A DNA stretch of 63,736 bases, filler included, from Collodictyon triciliatum (taxonomy: Eukaryota): NCBI GenBank assembly GCA_043381765.1. It is 5 parts of 5 records of this genome, joined end to end, with 100 filler letters (N's around TTAATTAATTAA, not from the genome) between each part and the next. Parts side by side here need not be neighbours in the genome. Positions count along the whole stretch, not along the records: positions 42,774 to 49,326 come from JBHJMP010000630.1; positions 49,427 to 59,826 come from JBHJMP010000631.1; positions 59,927 to 63,736 come from JBHJMP010000746.1; 2 more parts are not named here. One strand, 5' to 3'. Under the pieces are notes generated by a model. That model was given only the letters and a program-made list of their open reading frames with translations, made no database searches and was not told where the DNA came from. A program made the translations under genes and the position numbers. This document shows, one piece after another, positions 46,501 through 60,070 of the stretch; the stretch's first letter is position 1; each line of letters starts with the position of its first letter.

Positions 46501-49166
46501 GCGCCCCTGCTTCATATTCCTATACCTATCATCCTCTTTGCTATGCAAAGATGAGATGGTGACTTGTTCCTTGGAGTCATCTGTACTGACATCTTGCTCA
46601 TTTAATCGAAAGTGACCTGCTTTTAGGTGGGGGATAACAATTTTATCCAACATAATCATCATATCTCGAAGTGAGTGTTCAATCCTTCTATGAATGTCTT
46701 CTCTGGTTTCAGAATCCGAATAAAATGCAGTATTTGAAAAAGGGTCGCCAGTTAGGACATCATTCGGGCCACCTTTAACTGCATGAGACAGGCCCTCGTC
46801 CGAAACAAGGCTGCTAAGTGCGGAAGATTGCAGAGGGCATAATTTGCATTGGTTAGGTGAGTATTCTGTGAAATTTGATGGAATAGAGCCAACTGACTCG
46901 ATAAGTTTCATTTGTAAGTCTATATTTTGGCCCTGAGCAGCACAAAGTAACTTTGATGTGCTAAAGAGTACTTGACATATTTTTGATTGTTCTAAAGTTA
47001 GAGCATCAACTTCAGAGCGGGTATTATTCAGAATTTCAATATTTTGAAGAAGCTGTTTTCTAAGAACATCTAATTCACTCATCGTCGCGACATATTTTGA
47101 ATTTGTAGATTCTATCCCTTCAAAAAGTTTGATACATTCTTTTCGGTACGAAATCATGTAATCATACATGGTATCAAGGACATCCCTCCGAAGATGATCC
47201 TTATTTTCCTTCAGCTTTTGTTGCCATATGGTATATTCTACATCGATTCGAAATAATGTACTGGCCATATATTCATCAGATAATAATTGTGTTGACGATT
47301 CTAGAGGGCGAGATAATTTTTCTCGTAACCTCACCTCCGAATCTGAGTCCTACGGTTTAAGAACGTCAAGATAGAAACATGATAGTGGTATTCAAGGAAG
47401 ACACGTATATTAAATGACTTTATACCATACATTTATTCTTAACAGAGCAAAAATAAATTAACAAAAACAAACAAACATACATACAAACAAACATACAAAC
47501 AAACAAACAAACAAACAAACAAACAAACAAACAAACAAACAAACATACAAACATACAAACATACAAACAAACAANNNNNNNNNNNNNNNNNNNNNNNNNN
47601 NNNNNNNNNNNNNNNNNNNNNNNNNNNNNNNNNNNNNNNNNNNNNNNNNNNNNNNNNNNNNNNNNNNNNNNNNNAAAAAAAAAAAAAAAAAAAAAAACAA
47701 AAAACAAAAAACAAAAAACAAAAAACAAAAAACAAAAAACAAAAAACAAAAAACAAAAAACAAAAAACAAAAACAAAAAACAAAAACAAGAAATAAATTA
47801 ACAAACAAAAATTTACAAAAACAAACAAAAAACAAAAAACAAACAAACAGCAACGCTTACATCAATCAAAATTTTTCGTAGCATCACTTCTTGCTTGAGA
47901 GATGTCGTCAGTATTTTCATTTTGTTATCTACTTCTAATCCTAGAAAATGCAAGAGATCAAGCTGCATAGTACATGAATCTAGGACACTGTCCCATTCGA
48001 ACGGTGAAAAATGCAAAGATGTTGAACTAAGAGCGCCAGATTGACTCGTTGCATCTACTTGCGAGTGATCTAAATTTGACCTGCTGTAATAGGGTTTAAA
48101 GCTTCCTGATGGAAGACTGGTCGTATCAGGAAAGCTAAAAGTCGAAATTAATTCATCACTAGATTGAAGACTCTTAATTCTTTCAGGAGGGGAAGATGGA
48201 TATGAGCCTGACAGGTCTTTTTCTAAATTATTATCCAGTATTCGAGATATTGAATTATACGTCTGATTAATTGATGAAAGGATATTCTTGGTCTTGTTTT
48301 GAAACGAAATCAATTCCGACAGCCTGAACGATACCATCGTAGATGACAGAGAATGATGCTCGAGTTGGTTCATCCTCTCAGAACATACAGATACAAGAGT
48401 GCTAATTTCATTCATAACAACTCTATTCATATGCAGGATTGAATTCAGTTGATGTATTTGCTCCATATCTGATATTTCATCACCAATAGTATGTAACTGC
48501 ACTAGCGCACTCTGTACTTCTGATGGAATGGATGTTCGAATGTAGGTGGAGTTCGAGGAGAGCTGCGCTAGATACTGATATATCATGCGTATGGGTTCGA
48601 AAAGATTGGCTGCTTCTTCATTTTCAAGCACATCTCTTCGTTCAGAACGTATGGCCGACATAAAAATCTGAATGTGATTTCTCTTGTCCTACGGAAAAGT
48701 CTGATGGAAAAAATAAGTGTTGTGCTCATTGATGTTTTTCAGAGGCATTTTGTTTCATCGTGTATTGAATAGAAAAGATGAAAGCTGTTAGCCTGTTGGC
48801 GGGCATAAAAAGTAAAGTGCATAAAATATAGTTATAGTATCTCAAGATAACAACAGGGAGAGACTTCCTAACTCTCATAGACCTGTTAAAAAATCAACTG
48901 AACTATTTGTTCCAAAATTAAGCAGACTTGAGTCACTAACCATTCCTCGCAGGAAAAAAAGAACGAAAGACAAAAATCAAACAATAAATGGCTAATCAAG
49001 TGGACTGCGAGGGAAAGAATCGTCCCCCCAAAACCCTGATAAATGGACATCTCTTGATTTAGATAACTACACTTCGTGATGAAATAAAACTTTTCACGTG
49101 AATGGTAACTTGAGGGGGTTTGCATGGTATCTCTTGATGAATATGGTCCAAGGCCGAACGAAAACT
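42967..49166 (-). CDS. Large coiled-coil/low-complexity protein of unknown function (5' end probably in gap)
   Basis: Long same-strand exons at about 48690-47860, 47350-45980, 45880-45610 and 45360-43894, rich in heptads (QLRILLKQADEEKFAAEENVKMLRRNLKDVCKENDILNSQVKK). Pro-rich last exon ends RFPR* at 42967. Confidence 0.7.
43501..43858. repeat. (GAAA)n - gap - (GATGAAAA)n intronic arrays
   Basis: Directly visible. Confidence 0.95.
47460..47849. repeat. (AAAC)n and (AAAAAAC)n intronic arrays
   Basis: Directly visible. Confidence 0.9.
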
Positions 49167-49326
49167 GATGAAAACAAACAAGAACAATAAATAAAAAATA
49201 AATAAAAATAAAAAACAAACAAGAATAAATAAAAATAAAATAAATAAACAATAAAAAACAATAAAAAAACAATAAAAAACAATAAAAAACAATAAAAAAC
49301 AATAAAAAACAATAAAAAACAATAAA

Positions 49327-49426
49327 NNNNNNNNNNNNNNNNNNNNNNNNNNNNNNNNNNNNNNNNNNNNTTAATTAATTAANNNNNNNNNNNNNNNNNN
49401 NNNNNNNNNNNNNNNNNNNNNNNNNN
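49327..49426. other. Assembly join with TTAATTAATTAA spacer
   Basis: Same construct; separates the kelch fragment from the coiled-coil gene. Confidence 0.95.
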
Positions 49427-49545
49427 TTATTGCTTTTTTTATTGCTTTTTTATTGCTTTTTTTATTGCTTTTTTTATTGCTTTTTTTATTGCTTTTTTTA
49501 TTGCTTCACTTTGTTGGATAGGTTAATTTATTTGCAAGAACTTAC

Positions 49546-50956
49546 TATGGTTGAATTTCCACATGTCAATGTAATCGAGAACAGCACCTTTACCGCTATA
49601 GATATGGAAATATCCATCCAACTCAAAGCATAGAGGAAATCGACGAGCGTTCGGCCAATTCTTTAACGTGGTGGGGATGCGCGTCCAGTGGAATGTCTTC
49701 AAATCAAGCTCGTAGAAATCAGACAAGTAAGAGTCTGTCAGCCCACCAAACATGTATATCTATGCGTGGAATTGGATAAATGTAAGGTAACTAATGATGG
49801 GCTGATGACATCGATATTGTTTTATTCGCGCATCCAAGCAAACATATTAGTGACTAAATACGATGACTTAATCAATATTATAGTATACATATATGCACAA
49901 AACAAGAAAATGGGTACACACTTTATCTCCCACAGTAGCTGTGCAATAATCATCTCTAACGTGCGGGTGGTCACCAGTAATCCACTTCAGTTCCCATTCA
50001 AAAGTATCTTAATGAAGCCATTTAATACAAAAAAAAAAAAAAAAGAATGAAAAATGCCAGTTGGAAATAAATTTTCTTTCATCGAGTTATTAAGTGTATA
50101 TGTGTAAATCGGCATCTTGATGGGAATTTATCTTACTCAAATCTTTAAGGATGTGTGTATGGTCCATGACGCGGATGTCTTGGTCCCAGTCATTTACATA
50201 CCTGATCGATTTAACGCAGTTGTCAACATCAAATCATTCGAAATCATACTTGTTCGATGCGAACGGTGAAAACAATACAGGAGATATGATGTATGATATA
50301 TGAGGGGCGATAAGAACAAAGTATCCATACGATTAGTTGTGGTATTATGTAAAGGAATTTGACTTGTCTATGGAGCATCGGTATGTTGTTTGTTTGTTCG
50401 TTTGTTTGTTTGTTTGTTTGTTTGTTTGTTTGTTTGTTTGTTTGTTTGTTTGTTTGTTTCAGTTTGTTTGTTTCAGTTTGTTTGTTTCAGTTTGTTTGTT
50501 TCAGTTTGTTTGTTTCAGTTTGTTTGTTTCAGTTTGTTTGTTTCAGTTTGTTTGTTTCAGTTTGTTTGTTTCAGTTTGTTTCAGTTTGTTTCAGTTTGTG
50601 ATTTATGAGAAGAGAACATGCAATATATATAACCATATAGTATGGAAACTGTAATAAAAATGACCTCTCCTGAAAGAGATATATGCTTTCGTTGTAAACG
50701 CTGTTGCAGCGGGTGGTGTATGCGGGCGGGTATGGTGTAAGAATGTCCCATTTGTTGACCGAGTTGCACAAGCTTAGTTCAAAGAGCGATAGCGCTATCG
50801 TAAACATATGAATAGTAAGTCACAAAAGAATAAAGTAAAAAAAATAAAAGAAAACAGCATTAAAACTTTGTGGAAAAAAAAGGAAAATTACGCAATAATA
50901 CCTGCTACAAGAACAAATAGCCAAAGACTATCTTTGCATGAGTTATACTGGGCCAT
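49546..50956 (-). CDS. Secreted/membrane kelch-repeat protein, 5' fragment (3' part lost at gap)
   Basis: Signal-like MAQYNSCKDSLWLFVLVAAIALSLF. Kelch repeats GDHPHVRDDYCTATVGDK/IYMFGGLTDSYLSDFYELDLKTFHW and WPNARRF...HIYSGKG...DMWKF. Confidence 0.75.
50385..50599. repeat. (GTTT)n and (CAGTTTGTTTGTTT)n intronic arrays
   Basis: Directly visible. Confidence 0.9.
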
Positions 50957-51626
50957 GGGCACCTCCTAGTCTCCACAGAGCAATTAATCTTTTATTCCTC
51001 CTTTACCCTTCTTTTTTTTTAATTTTGTTGCCTTTTAACGTGAAGCTTTTTTTTTTTTTGAATAAGAGAAAAGATTATGGTTAGTCAGATAAAGCTGTTC
51101 TGTTCTAATGACCCATACCACTTCCTTTACAACAAACAAAGAAAAAAACGGCCCATGGAGAAGAGCTCCACATCCTTAGCCTTCCCATACCCTGGTAAAA
51201 ATCACCCAATGTATATAAATGAAACAAAAAAAACCACCACCAGAATTGCTGATCATAAGAATAGAGGATAAAAGAACATGCTTCTGGTGATCGAACGAGA
51301 CCCCACGGAAGGTTACAAAAAAAGCCTACTACAATACAAGGAAAGAAAGAAGAAGATATAGCTTCTCAATCCTAGGCATTCTTTTTTCGCAGGCGGTAAG
51401 ACAACTCCACTACAATCATATATCGATAGTTTCAGCCTAGAAAAACACCGAATCAACTCGATCTTCTCGGGGAAACATACGAGTCCGGCTTAAAAAAATA
51501 AAAGGAAAAAAAAAAAGAGAGAAAACATCTCTGGCATTCAGCAATAATAAGACTTCTCAGTCGTCCCCTGGCGCGTATATTTGCTATGTTCACGCACTCT
51601 GAAACTAGAAATGATAATAATAATAA

Positions 51627-51647
51627 TTTTTCCTTTATTCGATTCAA
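51627..51647 (-). mobile_element. Short retro-tail copy inside (TTA)n
   Basis: Reverse complement TTGAATCGAATAAAGGAAAAA, with TTATTATTATTAT on both sides. Confidence 0.7.
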
Positions 51648-52538
51648 GGAATAATAATAATAAAAATAATAATAATAAAAATAAAAATAAAAATAACAAA
51701 ATTGGGTGGGACTACTACCGACTGATTGCTGCAGACAGACAACTTCGCTGAAGTACTCTGCCCTTTGCAGGCGTTGTTGGGCGCTGTATTGTTATTAAAG
51801 AGAACAATTTCAGGGGAATGGAACTAACTGGTATAGATATTCAGTGAATAAACCCGGAAATAGATTCCGTTTTACATGCCACCGTTAGCAGGACAGACAA
51901 GCGTATCTCACCGAGTGGCTCGGATTCGCCTTATACAATTATCAAATATATAAATATATATATTTTCATTATATATGTACTATAATAAATTAATAACTAT
52001 GTAAATATAAATTATAGATTATATAATTAAATTCCACAACCAGGAAATCAACATATGAACATATACTATGGGTTCACGGTATGAATAAATTCATTGTGAT
52101 AAAATCACCAAATGTGGATATTTCTTTGACTGCCCAAAACCTGACAACGCGTTTGTTCTCTGTGCCTTGGCCTCACTCCCCTATCAAGAATCACCTGTCA
52201 GCTGGTGCGTGGGACTTGAGTCGCAGAAACGCTTGAAAACCCCTCTTCCTTCTCCTCCGCCGGGGGTCATCATACTTTGCACATGGAGCGTTTGGTGTAG
52301 TTTCATCCCAGCAAAAAAACTTTAGGACAAACACCAGCATTAAGGGTCTGTGAAATAATACTTTGATATGTAATGAACAAAAAAACAGGTAAGAGACGAA
52401 GTTATCACCGGGTAGGGGCTAGACCTAGTTTTTGTGCCTGCACCCCTTGATGAAGAGTTTACATATATTGAAAAGTGGGGTGTTGCCCATACTCATAGTG
52501 TTACAGCGGGTAATTCTTTATTAATCTTCCGGCATAGA

Positions 52539-55148
52539 ATGTGGAGGATTCTATTCGCACTTGCTGCTGCTCTCTCTGTCGCTGCTTCGGAGGATGCCAC
52601 GCTCTGTACTTGGACTTCGCCTTCAGGGAAATACTACGACTTTACAAGACTCGCGCGTGTTGGGTACTTCCTAATTCACATTTCTATGAATAAAAAATAG
52701 CTTTTCAGATCGACATATCGCCATATTTTGTGTCGGAGAGACTTTTTTTNNNNNTATGTATGTATGTATGTATGTATGTATGTATGTATNNNTGTATGTA
52801 TNNNNNNNNNNNNNNNNNNNNNNNNNNNNNTATGTATGTATGTATGTATGTATGTACGCGCTGTTTTCCATGACCTTGGCATCATGATTATTGATATTGT
52901 TAATATTTAGATTGTCATATTTTTTTAAATCAAACTAAATGAAGTGCCTACCGAATTGATTGCTGTAGTGGGTCGTACGGTGGTGTTGAAGGAGGCATAT
53001 TCGAGTACGCCTTTAACTTTTGCACCAGTGCAATCACGAAACAATGCAGCGACGAAGCGTGAGTCTTAAATTGTGGATTTTTTTTTATAAAAGAAGCTAT
53101 TCGCGATGTTTAACGAAACAGCATAGTTACAAACAGATATTTGAAGACAGTGATTTCTACTCTTTGATTATTATTTTTGGCTCAATCATATACCTTTGGA
53201 AGAGTAAACAAACATCTTTATTAAATGCCGTCAATCATATAAAGGTCTATTGGATTGGAAATATTTGGAACGAATTGCCGCTCTATCGCACCTTCTTCTG
53301 TCAATCCCACTTTCAGCTATAAAAATGGTTACATCTATCACCACAATAATTTAGACAATCATATTTGATTGCAAGTTGGAGATATATGTTGATACTCAGA
53401 ATATGCCACCAATAAAAGGAATCTTTCTACTGTAAAGGGTTCGACAGCTCTGCCGGGATAGTGATGAAGTACTCTGGAGACACTTCTATGTTAGTCTACG
53501 AGCTTGTTTGCTCTTCGTCGAGTTACCCAGCCGAGCCATTCTTGGTTTGTCAGAATACAACACCTTTACTGAGTCTAAACTTTTACTACAGCTTAACACA
53601 AACAAAGCGAGACAAAAAAAACCATCTGAATGATAAATAATATGAAATGAATTATTCTAGGTTTCTTTCAATAGCGGGACATACACTGTCGGAAGTCTTG
53701 GAACATCCTATGCCTGTGACAGTGGCTCAACCCCAACTCGAGCCCGATACACACCCAAACCCTCTCAAGTAACCACTCGGTCCCGCACCCGAGCGAGGTC
53801 GCTCTCAAAAACAAGCAAGCGTTCGGCCTCTCGGTCGGTTGGGAAAGTCAGTGTCACAAATCCCAGAACTCAGGTTCGCTCAAGGTCGTCCTCAAGAACC
53901 CGCCGATATGACTCATCCAGAACTGCAACCCGAACTATAGGGAATAAGCCATCCAGTACATTTGCACGGTTGCCTCAGGTTCACCATGATTAAAAAAAAA
54001 ATACTTTCATTTTATCCATAATGGACGTAAGCATTCGACGCTTCATAATTAATTGGCTTTCTTGGGGGTTTCCCCTTTTTCCTTCTTATCAATTGATTTC
54101 TATTTGGAGGAATAATCCGAATTTCTCACCCATCACAGTGCACTTGGAGATCCCCTAAGGGAGAATATTATGATTTTAGGGGCCTTGCCAAAGTTGGGTA
54201 CGTTTCAAATCCATGTGAAGATATTTTATAGAGGAGGGAGACTAATAGATGCTCACAAAATTGGGAAATTATGAGAATATGTACCAATTATCTGTATTTA
54301 TATATCACCACTCAGGTCTTCTTATGAAGGAAAGGAAGGATTTGCATACACATATGCCCTTAACTTTTGCACAAGCGCAATATCATCTGCTTGTCCAGCG
54401 CCTGGGTAATTAATTTGAAGATTCTAATATACCATTACTCGATTTCCCATCTTATTGTATCAAATGAATTATTTTTTTTATTATATACACATTTATGTAA
54501 CTTTTTGCCAGTGGTATTGCTTATAAATAGGGACTTTCAGTCTTTATTGCTTCATTATGTGAAGTAATTGTCAATGTTTTGTTTGTTGTTTTATTCATCA
54601 GTTCAATTGGATACGAAGTCTCTGGGCCATATTGTCTTTCCTTAGCGTCTACAACAACCAACCCTACGTACAGTTATGCAAATGGTGTGTATATATTGAA
54701 AAATAAAAATCGCATACTCCAAACAATAAAACATTCCACCAGATAATACAGAGATAAAATAAGTGTACTTTATTTTTACGATGAAATAAAAATATACTAT
54801 TAATGCATTGAATTGTTAAAACTTTGATACTCAAAAGGCGTTTGAAACCTAACGTGAGCCCATTAAATCAACCTTCAAGGTGTGGATAATAAAGGAGGTA
54901 TTCTGATGACATACAGCGGGCGCACCCCCCTCACGTACCTAATTGAATGCAGCACTAACCAGCGCCCACAGGAGCCATTCGCAGTAATTCTTACCCTAAC
55001 CATAACAAAAGTTATTTGGTTCGATACTATTACAAACGAATTGTAATCAACTTAGGTCTCCTACTCCAACGGTGCATATAAGGCCCAAGGGATTCGCAGC
55101 GTTTTTGGTTGTCCTGTGGCCAGACATTCGATTCAAATTTCAGAATAA
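52539..55148 (+). CDS. Secreted protein with two MRH-like (M6P-receptor-homology) domains and an Arg/Ser/Thr-rich linker
   Basis: Signal MWRILFALAAALSVAA. Repeat 1: CTWTSPSGKYYDFTRLA..YAFNFCTSAI..GIVMKYSG..YELVC..YAC. Repeat 2: CTWRSPKGEYYDFRGLA..YALNFCTSAI..GILMTYSG..YLIEC..FGCP. Matching intron positions in both repeats; no TM segment. Confidence 0.8.
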
Positions 55149-55570
55149 ATACACGAGTAAAAGTCTAACTCTGTCTCAGTTATGTCGAATATCCGTATAT
55201 CTCTGTTTCACCCAATTCATTGTGGGTTTCAGCGGTATTGTGAGTTGTGTTTTAAAAAATAAAGTGAAACGGGATTTAGCCCAATCACGTAATCAGTTCT
55301 TGTTTACATTTACCAGACTTCATTTTTCTTAATACAAATCGAAACTAAGAGCCAAAACTTTATTGGCTATCGTTTGCAACACAAAACCGATCATAAACAC
55401 ATAACATATTTGAGGGCCAAATGAATGTAATTTCTCTTAAGCACAGAAATCCTCAGGTATGGGCCCTCATTCTTTATTGGCGCGGCAGATAATAGCTACT
55501 CGGTTGAGTAATGAAATCTACCACAAGCCAATACTGAGAAATGACTGCAGCGGTGTGGCTACACCGTCAT

Positions 55571-57905
55571 TTAAGAGGATTCTCGTCCTCTGGAATGGAT
55601 GGTCATTTTCATACCATTTGCTGATTGTAGGATGATTACAGCACGGTAGTCAGGTTCAAAGTTTGGTGCGAGTCGCAGAGAAAACCTTTGGAGAATAAGG
55701 ACAGCAGCCACCTTCGCCTCAGTATATGCCATATTCTGCCCCAGACAGATGCGCGGGCTTTGCATATGAGGCATTGGTTGTTTTTTTTTTTTTTTTTTTT
55801 TTTAAATAAATTTTTTATTTTTTTTTTAATTTTTTTGGTATNNNNNNNNNNNNNNNNNNNNNNNNNNNNNNNNNNNNNNNNNNNNNNNNNNNNNNNNNNN
55901 NNNNNNNNNNNNNNNNNNNNNNNNNNNNNNNNNNNNNNNNNGTATGTATGTATGTATGTATGTATGTATGTATGTATGTATGTATGTATGTATGTATGTA
56001 TGTATGTATGTATGTATGTATGTATGTATGTATGTGTATTTGTGCACGCAAAAATGATACTCGTATTTCACTTGGGATTACCATCATTCAATGTAGTATA
56101 CCTGCATCAGGACCCCAGTATTCCTTAATTCGGTGTGTCATGTAGGGATAATAGAATACCGATGTTCCAGCCTCCTTTAATTATCATGAATAGTTGATTA
56201 CAATAAATTACTTAACCATATATGTCTCTATATTTTCGGTTAAAATCTAATAAATCCCATTTTTCATCACTAAAGAAAGCATCTGAATCAGATTAGTTGA
56301 AATGATTATGTAATGAAATGTTGAAAGAGAAAGAGGCGGAGTAAGGCATTGAATAAGGCGCTCTTGTTATTACTCATACAATGAAATATCCGTTCGGAAG
56401 GACATCATCATTTACAGCCGTACGAAAGTTTGTTGGAACAGATGGATGGAGTCGAAGAGTTTCATTAAGAGCCTAAAATTAAATGGTTTATACACAGTAT
56501 TGTTTATTGTGTATTTTTGTTTTCTTTTTTCCTTGGGGATGTACGAAAGTTAAGTGATTTTGAAGTATTCGCCCTTTTATGTTGGACTATACTTTGCATC
56601 AAATGAAGATAATTGATTAAATAAGGGAATATATCGATACATTCTTCAAGTAACGCAACTCATCCAATTTTTCTGCAGTCAATTCTGTACCACCTGAGGA
56701 TTTCCGTAATAAATCATGAGCGATTTACTATATAATTTTTATTTATTCAAAAAGTACCAATAACTCGCTCAATTTCATTTCTTATTAGTGCTTCAACAGA
56801 AGGATTTTTTGCAAGTTCATAAAAGAACCACGTGAGCAAGATGGCTGTGGTATCCCTCCCAGCAATCAACATATTTCGCAACATGTCCTTCAAATATTCC
56901 CTTTTTTATGAACAAAATAATTGATCAATATCCTATTTCCATCTGTAATCTATTTCTAGATAGAATATTCACACAGTTTATCAAGCGTACAATGTCAATT
57001 TAAAATCTTGAGATTTATGTATATAAAGATATCGAAATAGCTGATATATATATATATATTGTTAGGGAACCTCGAATAAAGAAAAAAAATATTGTTAGGG
57101 AACCTAGATGGAGGAGGTTTTGAGCATGCATAACAAGCCAACAGGTCTTCTCGGTTGGCAAGGTTTGGGTCTGTAAGGCACTTGTCGATGACCTAATTTA
57201 CCGTTTCATTCTTATAATTACACTGTGCTTTTTATATATCGTTTGTAGAATATCTATCGACTATATTTCAAAATAAACATACGTATTTCATACCTCAGAA
57301 AATTATTATTTTTTCGTGAAAATATAGAAATGGACACACATTTTGTTACATAATTAATAATATGTAAAAGGATAAAAAATAAAAAATAAAAAATAAACAC
57401 AGAATAAAAACAAAAAAAAGAAGAGAAAACAAGTCTTTTCTATATTCGCATGCATAGAGTACGAAATTATTCACCATTCTGTCAGTAGTATTTAAAGAAT
57501 AACAAAAAAAATCATCAAAATCACATTTTCATACCTTTTCAACAAAATCGTTGATTATCTTCAAGCTATTATCAAATCTCTTGGTAGAAAACAATTTCCA
57601 CAAAGGATTCGAGATATATCGCGCATATGTCGCCTGCTGGACAAAATCAAAGGCCTGGGCAAAGTTGCTTTCTCCTCCCATTGAATCAATATTATGTCCA
57701 AATAACACCTCTCCAACACTGTCCATAGTGAATCTAGTTTGAAGTGGTGATAAATAAACAAACACAATAGCTAACTGTCGTGAGAAAATGTAAACCCCGC
57801 CTCAAGGAGGATACATGTCTTGGAAAGAAAATGGCAGAATCTTATGGAAAATATCTTATGTTTCTAAAAAATAAAAAATTCATCATCTTCCTTAGTTTCA
57901 TCAAG

Positions 57906-57959
<54 letters not shown>

Positions 57960-58000
57960 GAAAAAAAAAAAAAAAAAAAAACAAATAAAAAAATTTTAAA

Positions 58001-58039
<39 letters not shown>

Positions 58040-59606
58040 AGAAAATTTCCTGCAGGTCAATAATGCTGCCCCTATCACACCCTCTTTCAAGATATGCAAG
58101 CAGGTGTTTACCATGCCTGGTAAAAGTGGGAATCATCATACTCAATTCGACCTTTAAGATAAAACTATTTATTACTCTGGAGTTTAATTATTACTGTGTA
58201 TCGTATTATTTGCCCTATATTATATAGGTAATAATACGACACTGTGATGACAATTCTTAAAAAATGAATGTTATGAGGATTTTCTGCGAAGGGACGACTG
58301 GAAACATTATACCTTTTGGAAATGAGGACGTGCTGTTTGACGGTGGTGTTTCCATTCTTCTCTATTTGTGTTATCCGATGGGTGAAATAAAACAACAATA
58401 TATAGACCACAACTTGAAGACTAATATATCTTAAATACTAAAATGTAATTTTTCCTGATGCAATTAGAAAATTGGATGATTTTTATACCCATTGACATTG
58501 AAAATTCCTGAACCAAGAAACGGATGAAATATTTCTCTGAGAGAGAAAAAGTCGTCATCGTATTAGAAAATTGAAGTAATACAAATAAGCAGCCTCACAC
58601 ATTAAAGCTTAAGGCAAAGTGATAGTGAACCAAAAACCAAAAACCAAAAACCTCTCATCTCGAACGAATCGTTAAGAAAAATATATCGAAAAGAATTAAA
58701 AGAACGATAGCATTAATCATTGATCATAATTATAATCATAAGAGCAATAATAACAATAGGAATGATTCTGATATATAGAAAAGGTAATAAGCCTATTATA
58801 AATCAAACAATCGACCAAAATATTATAAGCTATATATTTTGACCTCCTGCGTTTTAAAGTGTGGTTTTGTTGAATATGTAAGAGCTGAAATAAAACCTGA
58901 AAGCAGGCCCTTTCTCGTAGTTTTCCCAATTCTTCGCGAGAAAATGCTGAATACATGCCGGTTCGAATATAATCACTTGAGACTTCCCCATAAGATGGTA
59001 CGCAAATGTGTTTCCATAAATTTGTCTAGCCTCTTCCAGGCGGTGAAAGTTTCTACCAAAAGTCCTATGAAATATTAAGTTATTTCAAGACAATTTCTTC
59101 TCTTAAAATGCATATAAACATACATCTACATAGATAGAAAGATAGAAAGATAGAAAGATAGAAAGATAAATTAGCATAAAACCAACCTTCTGCAGAAAAC
59201 TAGGAAGTTTTTTATTATTATTTTTTTTTTAAAAAAAAGGGTGGACTTTGATACAGAGAAGAAAGACGTAAGATAAAGCATACAGGAATGACTTCACTAG
59301 GATATCAATGCCAAGAGGTACCCATCTGTCTGATCCTGGAGGCAGTCTTTTTCCTCGATACCTGCAAAGCTTATCGAGTGAGGAGTTGAATGCTTCAAAC
59401 GAGGATCCCTTATGCATAAGAAGTAGGCAAAAGAAGTGAAGATATTTTTCTTTGTGTTCATCAAAGAACACATTGAGGAAGCTCGCTTATGAGTTTCTTT
59501 TCGGAATGAAATACTTCAAGGCACGCCACAGCCGCTGGAGAACATAGTAGGCAGCAACGGCAACGAACAAGCGGAATAGAAAAGAGTTCCTCGCTTGCGC
59601 CGACAT
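55571..59606 (-). CDS. Cytochrome P450 (CYP86/CYP704/CYP52-like, AGRDTT type)
   Basis: N-terminal TM anchor, [24 protein letters not shown]-helix [10 protein letters not shown], Exx[18 protein letters not shown], heme loop [15 protein letters not shown]. The PERF-region exon is probably hidden in the gap at 55842-55941. Confidence 0.93.
55942..56034. repeat. (GTAT)n; the same motif occurs at 52755-52856
   Basis: Directly visible. Confidence 0.95.
57073..57088 (+). mobile_element. 16-bp retro-tail with perfect 17-bp TSD, at a P450 intron donor
   Basis: CGAATAAAG-A7 flanked by ATATTGTTAGGGAACCT at 57056-57072 and 57089-57105. Confidence 0.85.
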
Positions 59607-59724
59607 GAATAACTTGGGGGTTGTGGAGGGGCCCTACCACGGCAACTTTTGAGCTCGCCAGCGTCGATTCAAAACAGAAAAAGAAGAAGAAAAAAAAAGC
59701 AAAGCAAAGGCTTTGGACCGAATC

Positions 59725-60070
<346 letters not shown>

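Noticed and set aside
42967-50956. Kelch fragment and coiled-coil gene as one gene
   Set aside because: They are separated by a spacer join, and the kelch protein has a signal peptide while the other looks cytosolic. No evidence of continuity.
11745-52040. Similar AT-only patches at about 11745-11845 and 51940-52035
   Set aside because: The similarity is explained by extreme AT bias; no defined termini.
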